In this document: positions 52,255 to 64,000 of the stretch, piece by piece | Numbering within the stretch: position 1 is the first letter of the stretch | How the letters are laid out: the number at the start of each line of letters is the position of its first letter | Source: Eledone cirrhosa | Taxonomy: Eukaryota | DNA length: 64,000 nt | Direction: 5' to 3' | Assembly: GCA_964016885.1 (NCBI GenBank) | Contig: OZ024766.1 | Location: forward strand, 16,926,001 to 16,990,000 | Notes under the pieces: model-generated | What the model was told of the DNA's origin: nothing | What the model saw: the letters and a program-made list of their open reading frames with translations, nothing else | Databases searched by the model: none | Program-made: the position numbers and the translations under genes

Positions 52255-52990
52255 ACACATGACCGTTCGGTGGGGCAGATATGACCGTTGGGTGGGGCAG
52301 ATATGACCGTTGGGTGGGGCAGATATGACCCTTGGGTGGGGCAGATATGACCGTTGGGTGGGGCAGATATGACCGTTGGGTGGGACAGATATGACCCTTA
52401 GGTGGGACAGATATGACCCTTAGGTGGGGCAGATATGACCGTTGGGTGGGGCAGATATGACCGTTGGGTGGGGCAGATATGACTATTGGGTGGGGCAGAT
52501 ATGACCATTGGGTGGGGCAGATATGACCGTTGGGTGGGGCAGATATGACCGTTGGGTGGGACAGATATGACCATTGGGTGGGGGAGATATGACCCTTAGG
52601 TGGGGCAGATATGACCGTTGGGTGGGGCAGATATGACCGTTGGGTGGGGCAGATATGACCGTTGGGTGGGGCAGATATGACCATTGGGTGGGGCAGATAT
52701 GACCGTTAGGTGGGGCAGATATGTCCATTGGGTGGGGCAGATATGACCGTTGGGTGGGGCAGATATGACCGTTAGGTGGGGCAGATATGTCCGTTGGGTG
52801 GGGCAGATATGACCGTTGGGTGGGGCAGATATGACCGTTGGATGGGGCAGATATGACCGTTGGGTGGGGCAGATATAACCGTTGGGTGGGGCAGATATGA
52901 CCGTTGGGTGGGGCAGATATGACCCTTGGGTGAGACAGACATGACCCTTGGGTGGGGCAGATATAACCCTTGGGTGGGGCAGATATGACA
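52255..52990 (+). repeat. 22-bp G-rich minisatellite (gttgggtggggcagatatgacc), ~33 copies
   Basis: Visible directly. Confidence 0.95.
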
Positions 52991-53117
52991 CCTCCCTTCC
53001 TGGGGTGGAGGAGAGATTTGATCACCCCTTCCTGGTGTGGGGCAGATATGACCATCACCCTTCCTTGGGTGTGTTTGAGGGCAGATATGAGCCCCACACT
53101 TCCTGGGGTGGGGCAGA

Positions 53118-54845
53118 TATGTGAGGTATTATGTGAGGTAAAGCCTTTACTGTGACAATACAATAGTATATATAGAGTAATGTAAATGTTATGTGAGATA
53201 TTATGTGAGGTAAAGCCTTTACTGTGACAATACAATAGTATATATAGAGTAACGTAAATGTTATGTGAGATATTATGTGAGGTAAAGCCTTTACTGTGAC
53301 AATACAATAGTATATATAGAGTAATGTAAATGTTATGTGAGATATTATGTGAGGTAAAGCCTTTACTGTGACAATACAATAGTATATATAGAGTAATGTA
53401 AATGTTATGTGAGGTATTATGTGAGGTAAAGCCTTTACTGTGACAATACAATAGTATATATAGAGTAATGTAAATGTTATGTGAGATATTATGTGAGGTA
53501 AAGCCTTTACTGTGACAATACAATAGTATATATAGAGTAATGTAAATGTTATGTGAGATATTATGTGAGGTAAAGCCTTTACTGTGACAATACAATAGTA
53601 TATATAGAGTAATGTAAATGTTATGTGAGGTATTATGTGAGGTAAAGCCTTTACTGTGACAATACAATAGTATATATAGAGTAATGTAAATGTTATGTGA
53701 GATATTATGTGAGGTAAAGCCTTTACTGTGACAATACAATAGTATATATAGAGTAATGTAAATGTTATGTGAGATATTATGTGAGGTAAAGCCTTTACTG
53801 TGACAATACAATAGTATATATAGAGTAATGTAAATGTTATGTGAGGTATTATGTGAGGTAAAGCCTTTACTGTGACAATACAATGGTATATATAGAGTAA
53901 TGTAAATGTTATGTGAGGTATTATGTGAGGTAAAGCCTTTACTGTGACAATACAATAGTATATATAGAGTAATGTAAATGTTATGTGAGGTATTATGTGA
54001 GGTAAAGCCTTTACTGTGACAATACAATAGTATATATAGAGTAATGTAAATGTTATGTGAGGTATTATGTGAGGTAAAGCCTTTACTGTGACAATACAAT
54101 AGTATATATAGAGTAATGTAAATGTTATGTGAGATATTATGTGAGGTAAAGCCTTTACTGTGACAATACAATAGTATATATAGAGTAATGTAAATGTTAT
54201 GTGAGATATTATGTGAGGTAAAGCCTTTACTGTGACAATACAATAGTATATATAGAGTAATGTAAATGTTATGTGAGATATTATGTGAGGTAAAGCCTTT
54301 ACTGTGACAATACAATAGTATATATAGAGTAATGTAAATGTTATGTGAGGTATTATGTGAGGTAAAGCCTTTACTGTGACAATACAATAGTATATATAGA
54401 GTAATGTAAATGTTATGTGAGATATTATGTGAGGTAAAGCCTTTACTGTGACAATACAATAGTATATATAGAGTAATGTAAATGTTATGTGAGATATTAT
54501 GTGAGGTAAAGCCTTTACTGTGACAATACAATAGTATATATAGAGTAATGTAAATGTTATGTGAGGTATTATGTGAGGTAAAGCCTTTACTGTGACAATA
54601 CAATAGTATATATAGAGTAATGTAAATGTTATGTGAGATATTATGTGAGGTAAAGCCTTTACTGTGACAATACAATAGTATATATAGAGTAATGTAAATG
54701 TTATGTGAGATATTATGTGAGGTAAAGCCTTTACTGTGACAATACAATAGTATATATAGAGTAATGTAAATGTTATGTGAGGTATTATGTGAGGTAAAGC
54801 CTTTACTGTGACAATACAATAGTATATATAGAGTAATGTAAATGC
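53118..54845 (-). repeat. 72-bp satellite array
   Basis: Same unit and orientation as 5622-7110. Confidence 0.95.
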
Positions 54846-54925
54846 TCAAGAGTCAAACCTCTCTCTTCTCCATCACTGTTTACTATTGTCCACCTTTGAA
54901 CCACATTGCCACCTTTCTACTTCAG

Positions 54926-55065
54926 GTATAACAACGAAATGGCTTACTACACCAACCATGTAGCTCACATGTGCGGACACCAGGCAATGGAGTTTTTAAT
55001 TGAACTCGTTAGTAGAACAATCAACCCTTACAGAACTCTCGTTAAATGTAACAGTTACAACACAG
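54926..55065 (+). CDS. Membrane protein exon 9
   Basis: tacttcag| (K)YNNEMAYYTNHVAHMCGHQAMEFLIELVSRTINPYRTLVKCNSYNT |gtaaga; phase 2->1; homologous to exon 5. Confidence 0.88.
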
Positions 55066-55114
55066 GTAAGAATATCGGTCCCTTTTTTAAAAATATTTGT
55101 TCTTTTATGAGAGG

Positions 55115-55575
55115 TGTAGCTTCCATCAATTTCCATTGCCCTGCACTTTTTTTTATACAGCTGTCGTCCTTCATACACATCACATGTCCATACCAACGTA
55201 ATCTCCTCTCCAGAATACATTTGATACCTCTTATGCTTAGTCTCTTAATTTGTTTATGCGTTGCCATCCTCGCACACTATTACACATCCATCGGAGCATG
55301 CAGGCTTCATTTCTTTCTAATCTACGTAAGTCTTCAGCACACAATGCCCAGGCCTCACTACCAAGTAATATCACCGCTCGTATACAAGCATTATACAATC
55401 TGCCTTCCATTTTTAGAAAAAAACACCTTGTCGCCAACAGCGGTATTAGCTTTCTGAACTTTTTCCATCCCGTTCTAACTCTAGCTACTACACTTTCAGA
55501 GCACCCTCCTCCACTGCTGATTTTGTCACCCATGTACCGGAGAGTGTCTACTATTTCTATAGAAATAGTGGACAC
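55115..55575 (-). mobile_element. RTE LINE ORF fragment
   Basis: IEIVDTLRYMGDKISSGGGCSESVVARVRTGWKKFRKLIPLL...GRLYNACIRAVILLGSEAW...MLRWMCN; RRLRWYGHVM. Confidence 0.88.
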
Positions 55576-55576
55576 C

Positions 55577-57055
55577 TAGAGAGAAGACTGCGTTGATATA
55601 GCCATGTGATGCACATGGCGGAGAATTGCGAAGAAATGCCAGTTAAAGGACGACGCAGTAGAGGAAGACCCCGAAAAACATGGGCAGAGGTGGTGAGAGC
55701 AGACCTCAGATAGCTGAAGCTCACGGGGGAGATGACGAATGGAGAGGAGATGCTGTGCTGAATAGGACCCGTCCCACCGTTGCAAAGACCCCGAAAAAAC
55801 AGGGGTGGAGGTGGTGAAAGCAGATCTCAGATGGCTGAAGCTCATGGGGGAGATGACGAAGGACCGTGACGAATGGAGAGGAGATGCTGTGCTGAATAGG
55901 ACCCGTCCCACCGTTGCAAAGACCCCGAAAAAAACAGGGGTGGAGGTGGTGAAAGCAGATCTCAGATGGCTGAAGCTCATGGGGGAGATGACGAAGGACC
56001 GTGACGAATGGAGAGGAGATGCTGTGCTGAATAGGACCCGTCCCACCGTTGCAAAGACCCCGAAAAAAACAGGGGTGGAGGTGGTGAAAGCAGATCTCAG
56101 ATGGCTGAAGCTCACGGGGGAGATGACGAAGGACCGTGACGAATGGAGAGGAGATGCTGTGCTGAATAGGACCCGTCCCACCGTTGCAAAGACCCCGAAA
56201 AAACATGGGTGGAGGTGGTGAGAGCAAACCTCGGATGGCTGAAACTCATGGGGGAGATGACGAAGGACCGTGATGAATGGAGAGGAGATGCTGTGCTGAA
56301 TAGAACCTTTAGGAAATTAGTATCGGTGTACATACAACATAATATAAAAGACAGTAAATACCGGTGTGTGTGTTATAATAAAGTTTTTACTTCATGGAAG
56401 TCAAAGGCATTAAATATAAGGATTTGTTACCCGATGGTCATAATACAAGGCTGAAGTTGGTAGAGAAAAGAAGAGATCTTTTCTAGCTGGTATTGACATC
56501 TTAGGGTCTCATCTCAGGCTGCAAGTTGCATTGTTCTTGGTAACGAAAGGGTCATCAAGAAGGAATCATTGCCAGCTAAGGTCGAAGGTGTTACCACTTC
56601 AGGAATCAGGAGGCAAGAGAGAGATTTCGTGGTAAACTGCTCCTTTTATGTGAGTTGACCGGATGTGACCAACAGGGAATCTGTCAATCCCAAAGGGAAG
56701 CAGCTCCACCTACTTCCTGTCTAGAGAGCGGTGATGAGATTGTCATGGCAAGGGAGGCAACTCTTGCTACAGACCCGTCCCGCCGTTGCAAAGACCCCGA
56801 AAAAACAGGGGTGGAGGTGGTGAGAGCAGACCTCGGAGGGCCGAAACTCACGGCGGAGATGACGAATGGAGAGGAGATGCTGTGCTGAATAGGACCCGTC
56901 CCACCGTTGCAAAGACCCCGAAAAAACAGGGGTGGAGGTGGGGAGAGCAGACCTCGGAGGGCCGAAACTCACGGCGGAGATGACGAATGTAGAGGAGTTG
57001 CTGTGCTGAATAGGACCCGTCCCACCGTTGCAAGCTGGGAAAAGTGGACGTAAAG

Positions 57056-57086
<31 letters not shown>
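55577..57086 (+). mobile_element. RTE LINE 3' end amplified as ~135-bp units, ending in (gat)n
   Basis: Repeated EVVKADLRWLKL..EMTKDRDEWR.DAVLNRTRPT; unrelated insert at ~56310-56770. Confidence 0.85.
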
Positions 57087-57087
<1 letters not shown>

Positions 57088-57284
57088 CCCAATTACGATT
57101 TTATTTGATGTATCATATCTACATGTATATATACTTGTGTATAATATCAATATACACACTACACATGCTAGCAGAAAACTACTCAAATGGTGGTTTTTCT
57201 GCTAGTATGTGTAATAATAGAATTTTTTTCCATGCGTTGGCATGTATGTTTGTGTGTGTGTGTGTATATACATTTATATGTATG

Positions 57285-57580
57285 AGTTGAGAGAGAAACT
57301 GGGTATAAGAGGGTAGGTTGTGGTGTGTGGGAGAGAAGACTGAGATGGTATGGACATGTGATGTGTTGAGAGAGAAACCGTGTATAAGAGGGATAAGTTG
57401 TGGTGTGTGGGAGAGAAGACTGAGATGGTATGGACATGTGATGTGTTGAGAGAGAAACCGTGTATAAGAGGGATAAGTTGTGGTGTGTGGGAGAGAAGAC
57501 TGAGGTGGTATGGACATGTGATGTGTTGAGAGAGAAACCGTGTATAAGAGGGATAAGTTGTGGTGTGTGGGAGAGAAGAC
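57285..57580 (+). repeat. Isolated 80-bp RTE-derived array (~4 copies)
   Basis: Same unit as 30368-32795, without the rest of the LINE. Confidence 0.9.
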
Positions 57581-57840
57581 TTTTTCGTTTTCATTACATT
57601 TCACCATAATGCAGTTTATATATAACATCATCTTTTTTAAATGTATATACACCCGTGTATAACAACAATATACACACTACACATGCTAACAGAAAACTAC
57701 CCAAATGGTGGTTTTTCTGCTAGTATATTTAATGATTTGATAAAGTACCATTCATGCTGAGAGGTACTTTGCCATTCTGTCTATTTCCTCTCAAATCTAA
57801 GGAATAAATAAACCCTTTTTTTCTCTCGTATCTTCTTCAG

Positions 57841-57954
57841 GGGCCATAGCTGGTATCATAGTTGGCTGTTTGCTGTTGGTGGCACTGGGGTGCATTTTAC
57901 GCTATGCCCTCAGGAAACATCTGTTTCCCTGTCTACCCAGGGTCCGATGCTTCG
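57841..57954 (+). CDS. Membrane protein exon 10 (transmembrane helix)
   Basis: tcttcttcag| (G)AIAGIIVGCLLLVALGCILRYALRKHLFPCLPRVRCF |gtaagt; hydrophobic stretch followed by basic residues; phase 1->1. Confidence 0.87.
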
Positions 57955-58146
57955 GTAAGTAACACAGTACACATGGCCCTTAGTTGCTCCAGCATGGAAT
58001 CAAACAGGTGGAGAGGGAGGGTAGATAATAGAAGACGGTGTTTGGAACTTAACTTAACGAAGGTTTTTACATAAAATTATGGTGGACGGTTTTTTTTTTT
58101 TTTTTTTTTTTTTTTAGATAAATATAAACGCTTTAAGCCTTTCATT

Positions 58147-59137
58147 GATGGTGGTGATGATGATGGTAATGGTGGTGGTGTGGTGGTGTGGTGTTGGTGT
58201 GGTGGTGGTGTGGTGGCGGTGGTGTAGTGGTGGTGTGGTGGTGATGATGGTAGTGGTGGTGTAGTGGTGTGGTGTGGTGTTGGTGTAGTGGTGGTGGTGT
58301 GGTGGTGGTGGTGGTGTGGTGGTGGTGGTGGTGTGGTGGTGGTGGTGGTGGTGTGGTGGTGGTGGTGGTGGTGGTGGTGGTGTAGTGGTGGTATGGTGGT
58401 GGTAGTGGTGGTGGTGTAGTGGTGGTGTGGTGATGATGATGGTATTGGTGGTGGTGTTGGTGTAGTGGTGGTGTTGGTGTAGTGGTGGTGTAGTGGTGGT
58501 GGTGTGGTGGTGTGGTGTAGTAGTGGTGTGGTGGTGGTAGTGGTGGTGGTGTTGGTGTAGTGGTGGCGTGGTGGTGTGGTGATGATGATGGTAGTGGTGT
58601 GGTGGTGGTGTGGTGGCGGTGGTGGTAGTGGTGGTGGTGTAGTGGTGATGATGATGGTAGTGGTGGTGGTGTAGTGGTGGTGTAGTGGTGGTGGTGTGGT
58701 GGTGTGGTGGTATGGTGGTGTAGTGGTGGTAGTGGTGGTGGTGTGGTGGTGGTGTTGGTGTAGTGGTGGTGGTGGTGGTGGTGGTGGTGGTGTGGTGGTG
58801 TAGTGGTGGTGTGGTGTAGTGGTGGTGGTGTTGGTGTAGTGGTGGTGTGGTGGTGGCGGTGGTGGTAGTGGTGTGGTGGTGGTGTGGGTTTGATGGTGGT
58901 GGTGGTGTAGTGGTTGTGACGGTGGTGGTGGTGGTGCAGTGGTGGTGTGGTGGTGTGGTGATGGTTTGATGATGGTGGTGGTGGTGGTGGTGGTGATGGT
59001 AGTGGTGTGGTGGTGGTATGGTGATGGTGTAGTGGTGGTGTGGTGGTGTTGGTGTGGTGGTGTAGTGGTGGTAGTGGTGGTGAAGTGTGTTGGCAGTGGT
59101 GTGGTAGTGGTGGTGGTGATGATTGTGATGATGATGG
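58147..59137. repeat. (GGT)n degenerate tract
   Basis: Visible directly. Confidence 0.95.
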
Positions 59138-59181
59138 AGTACATTTCATATCACGGACTCTCTCCATCTTTTCCCTTGCAG

Positions 59182-59219
59182 AAATCAGCCGTACCCCAGT
59201 ACCAGGGACCAACCTGTAG
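59182..59219 (+). CDS. Membrane protein exon 11 (terminal)
   Basis: ttcccttgcag| (E)ISRTPVPGTNL*; phase 1 fits exon 10. Confidence 0.75.
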
Positions 59220-59303
59220 CCTTCAACATTATCTGTCTTTTCCCTGCCACTTCATGAAGAGAGACACAGGGCTGTCATTGGAACTGGATTGAAAATGAAT
59301 TAA

Positions 59304-61641
59304 CCCTTTAACATTTACATTACTCTATATATACTATTGTATTGTCACAGTAAAGGCTTTACCTCACATAATATCTCACATAACATTTACATTACTCTAT
59401 ATATACTATTGTATTGTCACAGTAAAGGCTTTACCTCACATAATATCTCACATAACATTTACATTATTCTATATATACTATTGTATTGTCACAGTAAAGG
59501 CTTTACCTCACATAATATCTCACATAACATTTACATTACTCTATATATACTATTGTATTGTCACAGTAAAGGCTTTACCTCACATAATATCTCACATAAC
59601 ATTTACATTACTCTATATATACTATTGTATTGTCACAGTAAAGGCTTTACCTCACATAATATCTCACATAACATTTACATTACTCTATATATACTATTGT
59701 ATTGTCACAGTAAAGGCTTTACCTCACATAATATCTCACATAACATTTACATTACTCTATATATACTATTGTATTGTCACAGTAAAGGCTTTACCTCACA
59801 TAATATTTCACATAACATTTACATTACTCTATATATACTATTGTATTGTCACAGTAAAGGCTTTACCTCACATAATATCTCACATAACATTTACATTACT
59901 CTATATATACTATTGTATTGTCACAGTAAAGGCTTTACCTCACATAATATCTCACATAACATTTACATTACTCTATATATACTATTGTATTGTCACAGTA
60001 AAGTCTTTACCTCACATAATACCTCACATAACATTTACATTACTCTATATATACTATTGTATTGTCACAGTAAAGGCTTTACCTCACATAATATCTCACA
60101 TAACATTTACATTACTCTATATATACTATTGTATTGTCACAGTAAAGGCTTTACCTCACATAACATTTACATTACTCTATATATACTATTGTATTGTCAC
60201 AGTAAAGGCTTTACCTCACATAATATCTCACATAACATTTACATTACTCTATATATACTATTGTATTGTCACAGTAAAGGCTTTACCTCACATAATACCT
60301 CACATAACATTTACATTACTCTATATATACTATTGTATTGTCACAGCAAAGGCTTTACCTCACATAATACCTCACATAACATTTACATTACTCTATATAT
60401 ACTATTGTATTGTCACAGTAAAGGCTTTACCTCACATAATACCTCATAACATTTACATTACTCTATATATACTATTGTATTGTCACAGTAAAGGCTTTAC
60501 CTCACATAATATCTCACATAACATTTACATTACTCTATATATACTATTGTATTGTCACAGTAAAGGCTTTACCTCACATAATATCTCACATAACATTTAC
60601 ATTACTCTATATATACTATTGTATTGTCACAGTAAAGGCTTTACCTCACATAACATTTACATTACTCTATATATACTATTGTATTGTCACAGTAAAGGCT
60701 TTACCTCACATAATATCTCATATAACATTTACATTACTCTATATATACTATTGTATTGTCACAGTAAAGGCTTTACCTCACATAATATCACATAACATTT
60801 ACATTACTCTATATATACTATTGTATTGTCACAGTAAAAGCTTTACCTCACATAATATCTCACATAACATTTACATTACTCTATATATACTATTGTATTG
60901 TCACAGTAAAGGCTTTACCTCACATAATACCTCACATAACATTTACATTACTCTATATATACTATTGTATTGTCACAGCAAAGGCTTTACCTCACATAAT
61001 ACCTCACATAACATTTACATTACTCTATATATACTATTGTATTGTCACAGTAAAGGCTTTACCTCACATAATATCTCATAACATTTACATTACTCTATAT
61101 ATACTATTGTATTGTCACAGTAAAGGCTTTACCTCACATAATATCTCACATAACATTTACATTACTCTATATATACTATTGTATTGTCACAGTAAAGGCT
61201 TTACCTCACATAATATCTCACATAACATTTACATTACTCTATATATACTATTGTATTGTCACAGTAAAGGCTTTACCTCACATAATATCTCACATAACAT
61301 TTACATTACTCTATATATACTATTGTATTGTCACAGTCAAGGCTTCACCTCACATAACATTTACATTACTCTATATATACTATTGTATTGTCACAGTAAA
61401 GGCTTTACCTCACATAATATCTCACATAACATTTACATTACTCTATATAAACTATTGTATTGTCACAGTAAAGGCTTTACCTCACATAATATCTCACATA
61501 ATATCGAATCTATGAGATTTTTATGTTATTTATTTCAAGAACAATACCTTAACATCAGTATGAGCGACCAGTTATGGTCAGTTTGAACTGAAAGAGGTGA
61601 GAGAATTCTGGCCGGATAAGGTTGGTTTAAATGCTACAGGG
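59304..61641 (+). mobile_element. piggyBac-like MITE carrying ~30 copies of the 72-bp satellite
   Basis: TTAA|ccctttaacattta ... taaatgctacaggg|ttac: 14-bp imperfect TIRs and a TTAA-type target site. Confidence 0.78.
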
Positions 61642-61949
61642 TTACACTGGATTCCAACTGGTTTCAACCGCATTCGACTGGATCAGGTGAAAAGACATAG
61701 TATTTTTGCAGCCTTCACAGAATCATGTGCGTTGTTGTATGCCGGAATGCTGAGTTACCACAACAAGAAAAGGCACCGATACTCCTCGTTTCCGTTAATT
61801 TAAAGTTCATATATTATAATTAGAATGTTAGAATGTAAAAAAAATCTTTTTTTTTTTATCTTCAATGTTGCTTGAAGTAAAGCTGCAGCAACGCATTTTT
61901 ATTTAACTATAAAACTGTTGAACTACATGGAACTTCTCGCTTCTATTGA

Positions 61950-62370
61950 CTACTACTACTGCTGCTACTGTTACTACCACCACTACTACTGCTGCTACAA
62001 CTACTACCACTACTGTTACTACTACTGTTACTGCTACTACCACCACTACTACTGCTGCTACTGTTACTACTACTACCACCACTACTACTGCTGCTGCTGC
62101 TGCTACTACTACTGTTACTACCACCACTACTGTTACTACCACCACTACTGTTACTACCACCACTACTACTACTACTAGTGTTGTTGCTACTACTACTACT
62201 ACTGCTACTACTACTACCACCACCACCACTGATGTTACTGCTACCACCACTACTACTGCCACCACCACTACTACCACCACCACCACAACTACTATTACTA
62301 CCACTACTATCACTACCACCACTACCACAATTAATACTACTGCTCCTGTCTATGATGATGATGATGATAA
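61950..62370. repeat. (CTA/CTG/CCA)n tract
   Basis: Visible directly. Confidence 0.93.
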
Positions 62371-62539
62371 GTGAACTAGTGTACTATAGTCATAGTAACT
62401 ATAAAAACTTAATCTAATACATACCATCATCTTGTCACCATGGTTTCATCAACAAAACAATATAGAGTTGATTTAACTGGGCTTTTGCTGCTATTTCTAG
62501 CGTCATTATAAGCCTGTCGTACTGTCCTGTTATATTATA

Positions 62540-63590
62540 CTAGCAATGGTACCCGGCGTTGCACGGTATAAGGTATTGAGAAATATATAACCGCCTTAGC
62601 TAAGCTTAGTATTGCCACAACCACGGCTGGCAAAGAAGTAAGGGTATGGTGGTACGTAAGTAAGCAACACTGTGGCTTAAAACGTGAGGAAGAAGTTGTG
62701 TGCACTTACCAACTGTTTGGGGAGTGAGTGTGAGATTTGTCTTGAGCAAGGGTGGCAGAATAACCGGAGGCAGCAGACAGCCAAATGTTATAAGCTTAGT
62801 ATTGCCACAACCACGGCTGGCAAAGAAGTAAGGGTCTGGTGGTACGTAAGTAAGCAACACTGTGGCTTAAAACGTGAGGAAGAAGTTGTGTGCACTCACC
62901 ATCTGTTTGGGGAATGAGTGTGAGATTTGTCTTGAGCAAGGGTGGCAGAATAACCGGAGGCAGCAGACAGCCAGACAGATATAAGCTTAGTATTGTCACA
63001 ACCTCGGCTAGCAAAGAAGTAAGGGTCTGGTGGTACGTAAGTAAGCAACACTGTGGCTTAAAACGTGAGGAAGAAGTTGTGTGCACTTACCAACTGTTTG
63101 GGGAATGAGTGTGAGATTTGTCTTGAGCAAGGGTGGCAGAATAACCGGAGGCAGCAGACAGCCAGACATACAGACAGATATTATAAGGGCGTGTTTTGGA
63201 CGCAGAGGGAATTGTGGGAAGTGATGTAATGCAGACAGCCAGACATACAGACAGATATTATAAGGGCGCGTTTTGGACGCAGAGGCAATTGTGGGAAGTG
63301 ACGTAATGCAGACAGCCAGACATACAGACAGATATTATAAGGGCTCGACGTTATATGTATGTATCTATCTAAAAAGAGAAAGACTAAGAATTATAGAGAG
63401 AGATCGCTAAATCGCCTAATGCGGTCCCTAGGGCATTGAAAATTTGAAATCTTTTTTGCTCATAACACTCCCTGAAATATAAGTATTACATGTGTAAAGT
63501 TTGAAAACAGTCGGTTGGGTGGTTCTCGAGTTTTAGGGATTCAAACTCACACACACACAGACAGACATCCTTAGTTTTATATATATATAT
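62540..63590 (-). mobile_element. Non-autonomous Helitron with 3 x ~190-bp and 3 x 77-bp internal repeats
   Basis: Minus-strand 3' end: GC hairpin ccgtgcaacgccgg, ~10 nt, then CTAG|T; other end tatatataaaac next to a (CA)/(GACA) microsatellite, as in Lep1-type Helitrons. Confidence 0.72.
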
Positions 63591-63659
63591 GGTGTGGTCA
63601 GCAATTCCTGCAGATTTCTTCCAGAGAGAGATAGAAAGTGAGAGAGGGGAAATGAGAAA

Positions 63660-64000
63660 GAGATATAGAGGAAGAATCTACCCCAGTACAACACTGGTAC
63701 TTTTTATATCTACCTCAAAAGATATAGAGGAAGAATCTACCCCAGTACAACACCGGTATTTTTTATATCTACCTCGAAAGATAGAGAGGAAATAAGAGAG
63801 AGATATAGAGAGAAGAATCTACCCCAGTACAACACTGGTACTTTTTATATCAACCTCGAAAGATAGAGAGGAAATAAGAAAGAGATATAGAGGAAGAATC
63901 TACCCCAGTACAACACTGGTACTTTTTATATCAACCTCGAAAGATAGAGAGGAAATGAGAGAGAGATATAGAGGAAGAATCTACCCCAGTACAACACTGG
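63660..64000 (-). repeat. 59-82-bp tandem repeat, probably from a type B SINE domain
   Basis: Reverse complement tctttcgaggttgatataaaaagtaccagtgttgtactggggtagat resembles the SINE segment ggggtcgataaaataaagtaccagt...ctgggg. Confidence 0.7.

Noticed and set aside
56455-56770. Complex sequence in intron 9 as a possible stalk exon
   Set aside because: I found no convincing phase 1-1 splice pair, and it sits between RTE repeats; identity unresolved.
5603-61586. Up to 835-aa YCHSKGFTSHN repeat ORFs, and CRISPR-like regularity of the arrays
   Set aside because: Translations of the 72-bp satellite; units are head-to-tail with no unique spacers, there are no cas genes, and the context is eukaryotic.

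Overview
Repeat-saturated eukaryotic (animal) DNA. The SINE, RTE-LINE and MITE content looks like an octopus-type cephalopod (inference). Almost all long ORFs in the track are artefacts of tandem repeats. Two real spliced genes can be read on the + strand: (1) the last two coding exons of ST7 (7175-7314, 10156-10251); (2) an 11-exon, 437-aa type I membrane protein (23554-59219) with a signal peptide, two homologous Cys-rich ectodomains, one TM helix and a C-terminal T-N-L; I do not recognise a gene symbol for it. The most striking non-coding signal is a set of minimal type I hammerhead ribozyme motifs (CTGANGA...GAAA...NUH with palindromic helix III) of four unrelated sequence types: 11297-11343 (+), 12872-12937 (-)/13266-13331 (+), 29357-29411 (-) and 45588-45668 (-)/46244-46324 (+). 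Two of the types sit in both arms of long inverted repeats, as expected for Penelope-like pseudo-LTRs or retrozymes, and one sense-strand copy lies in a gene intron and another just downstream of ST7. Also notable: a 57-bp minisatellite built from the splice acceptor of exon 4, and widespread amplification of internal pieces of mariner, piggyBac-like MITE, RTE, Tx1-like, SINE and Helitron elements into minisatellites.
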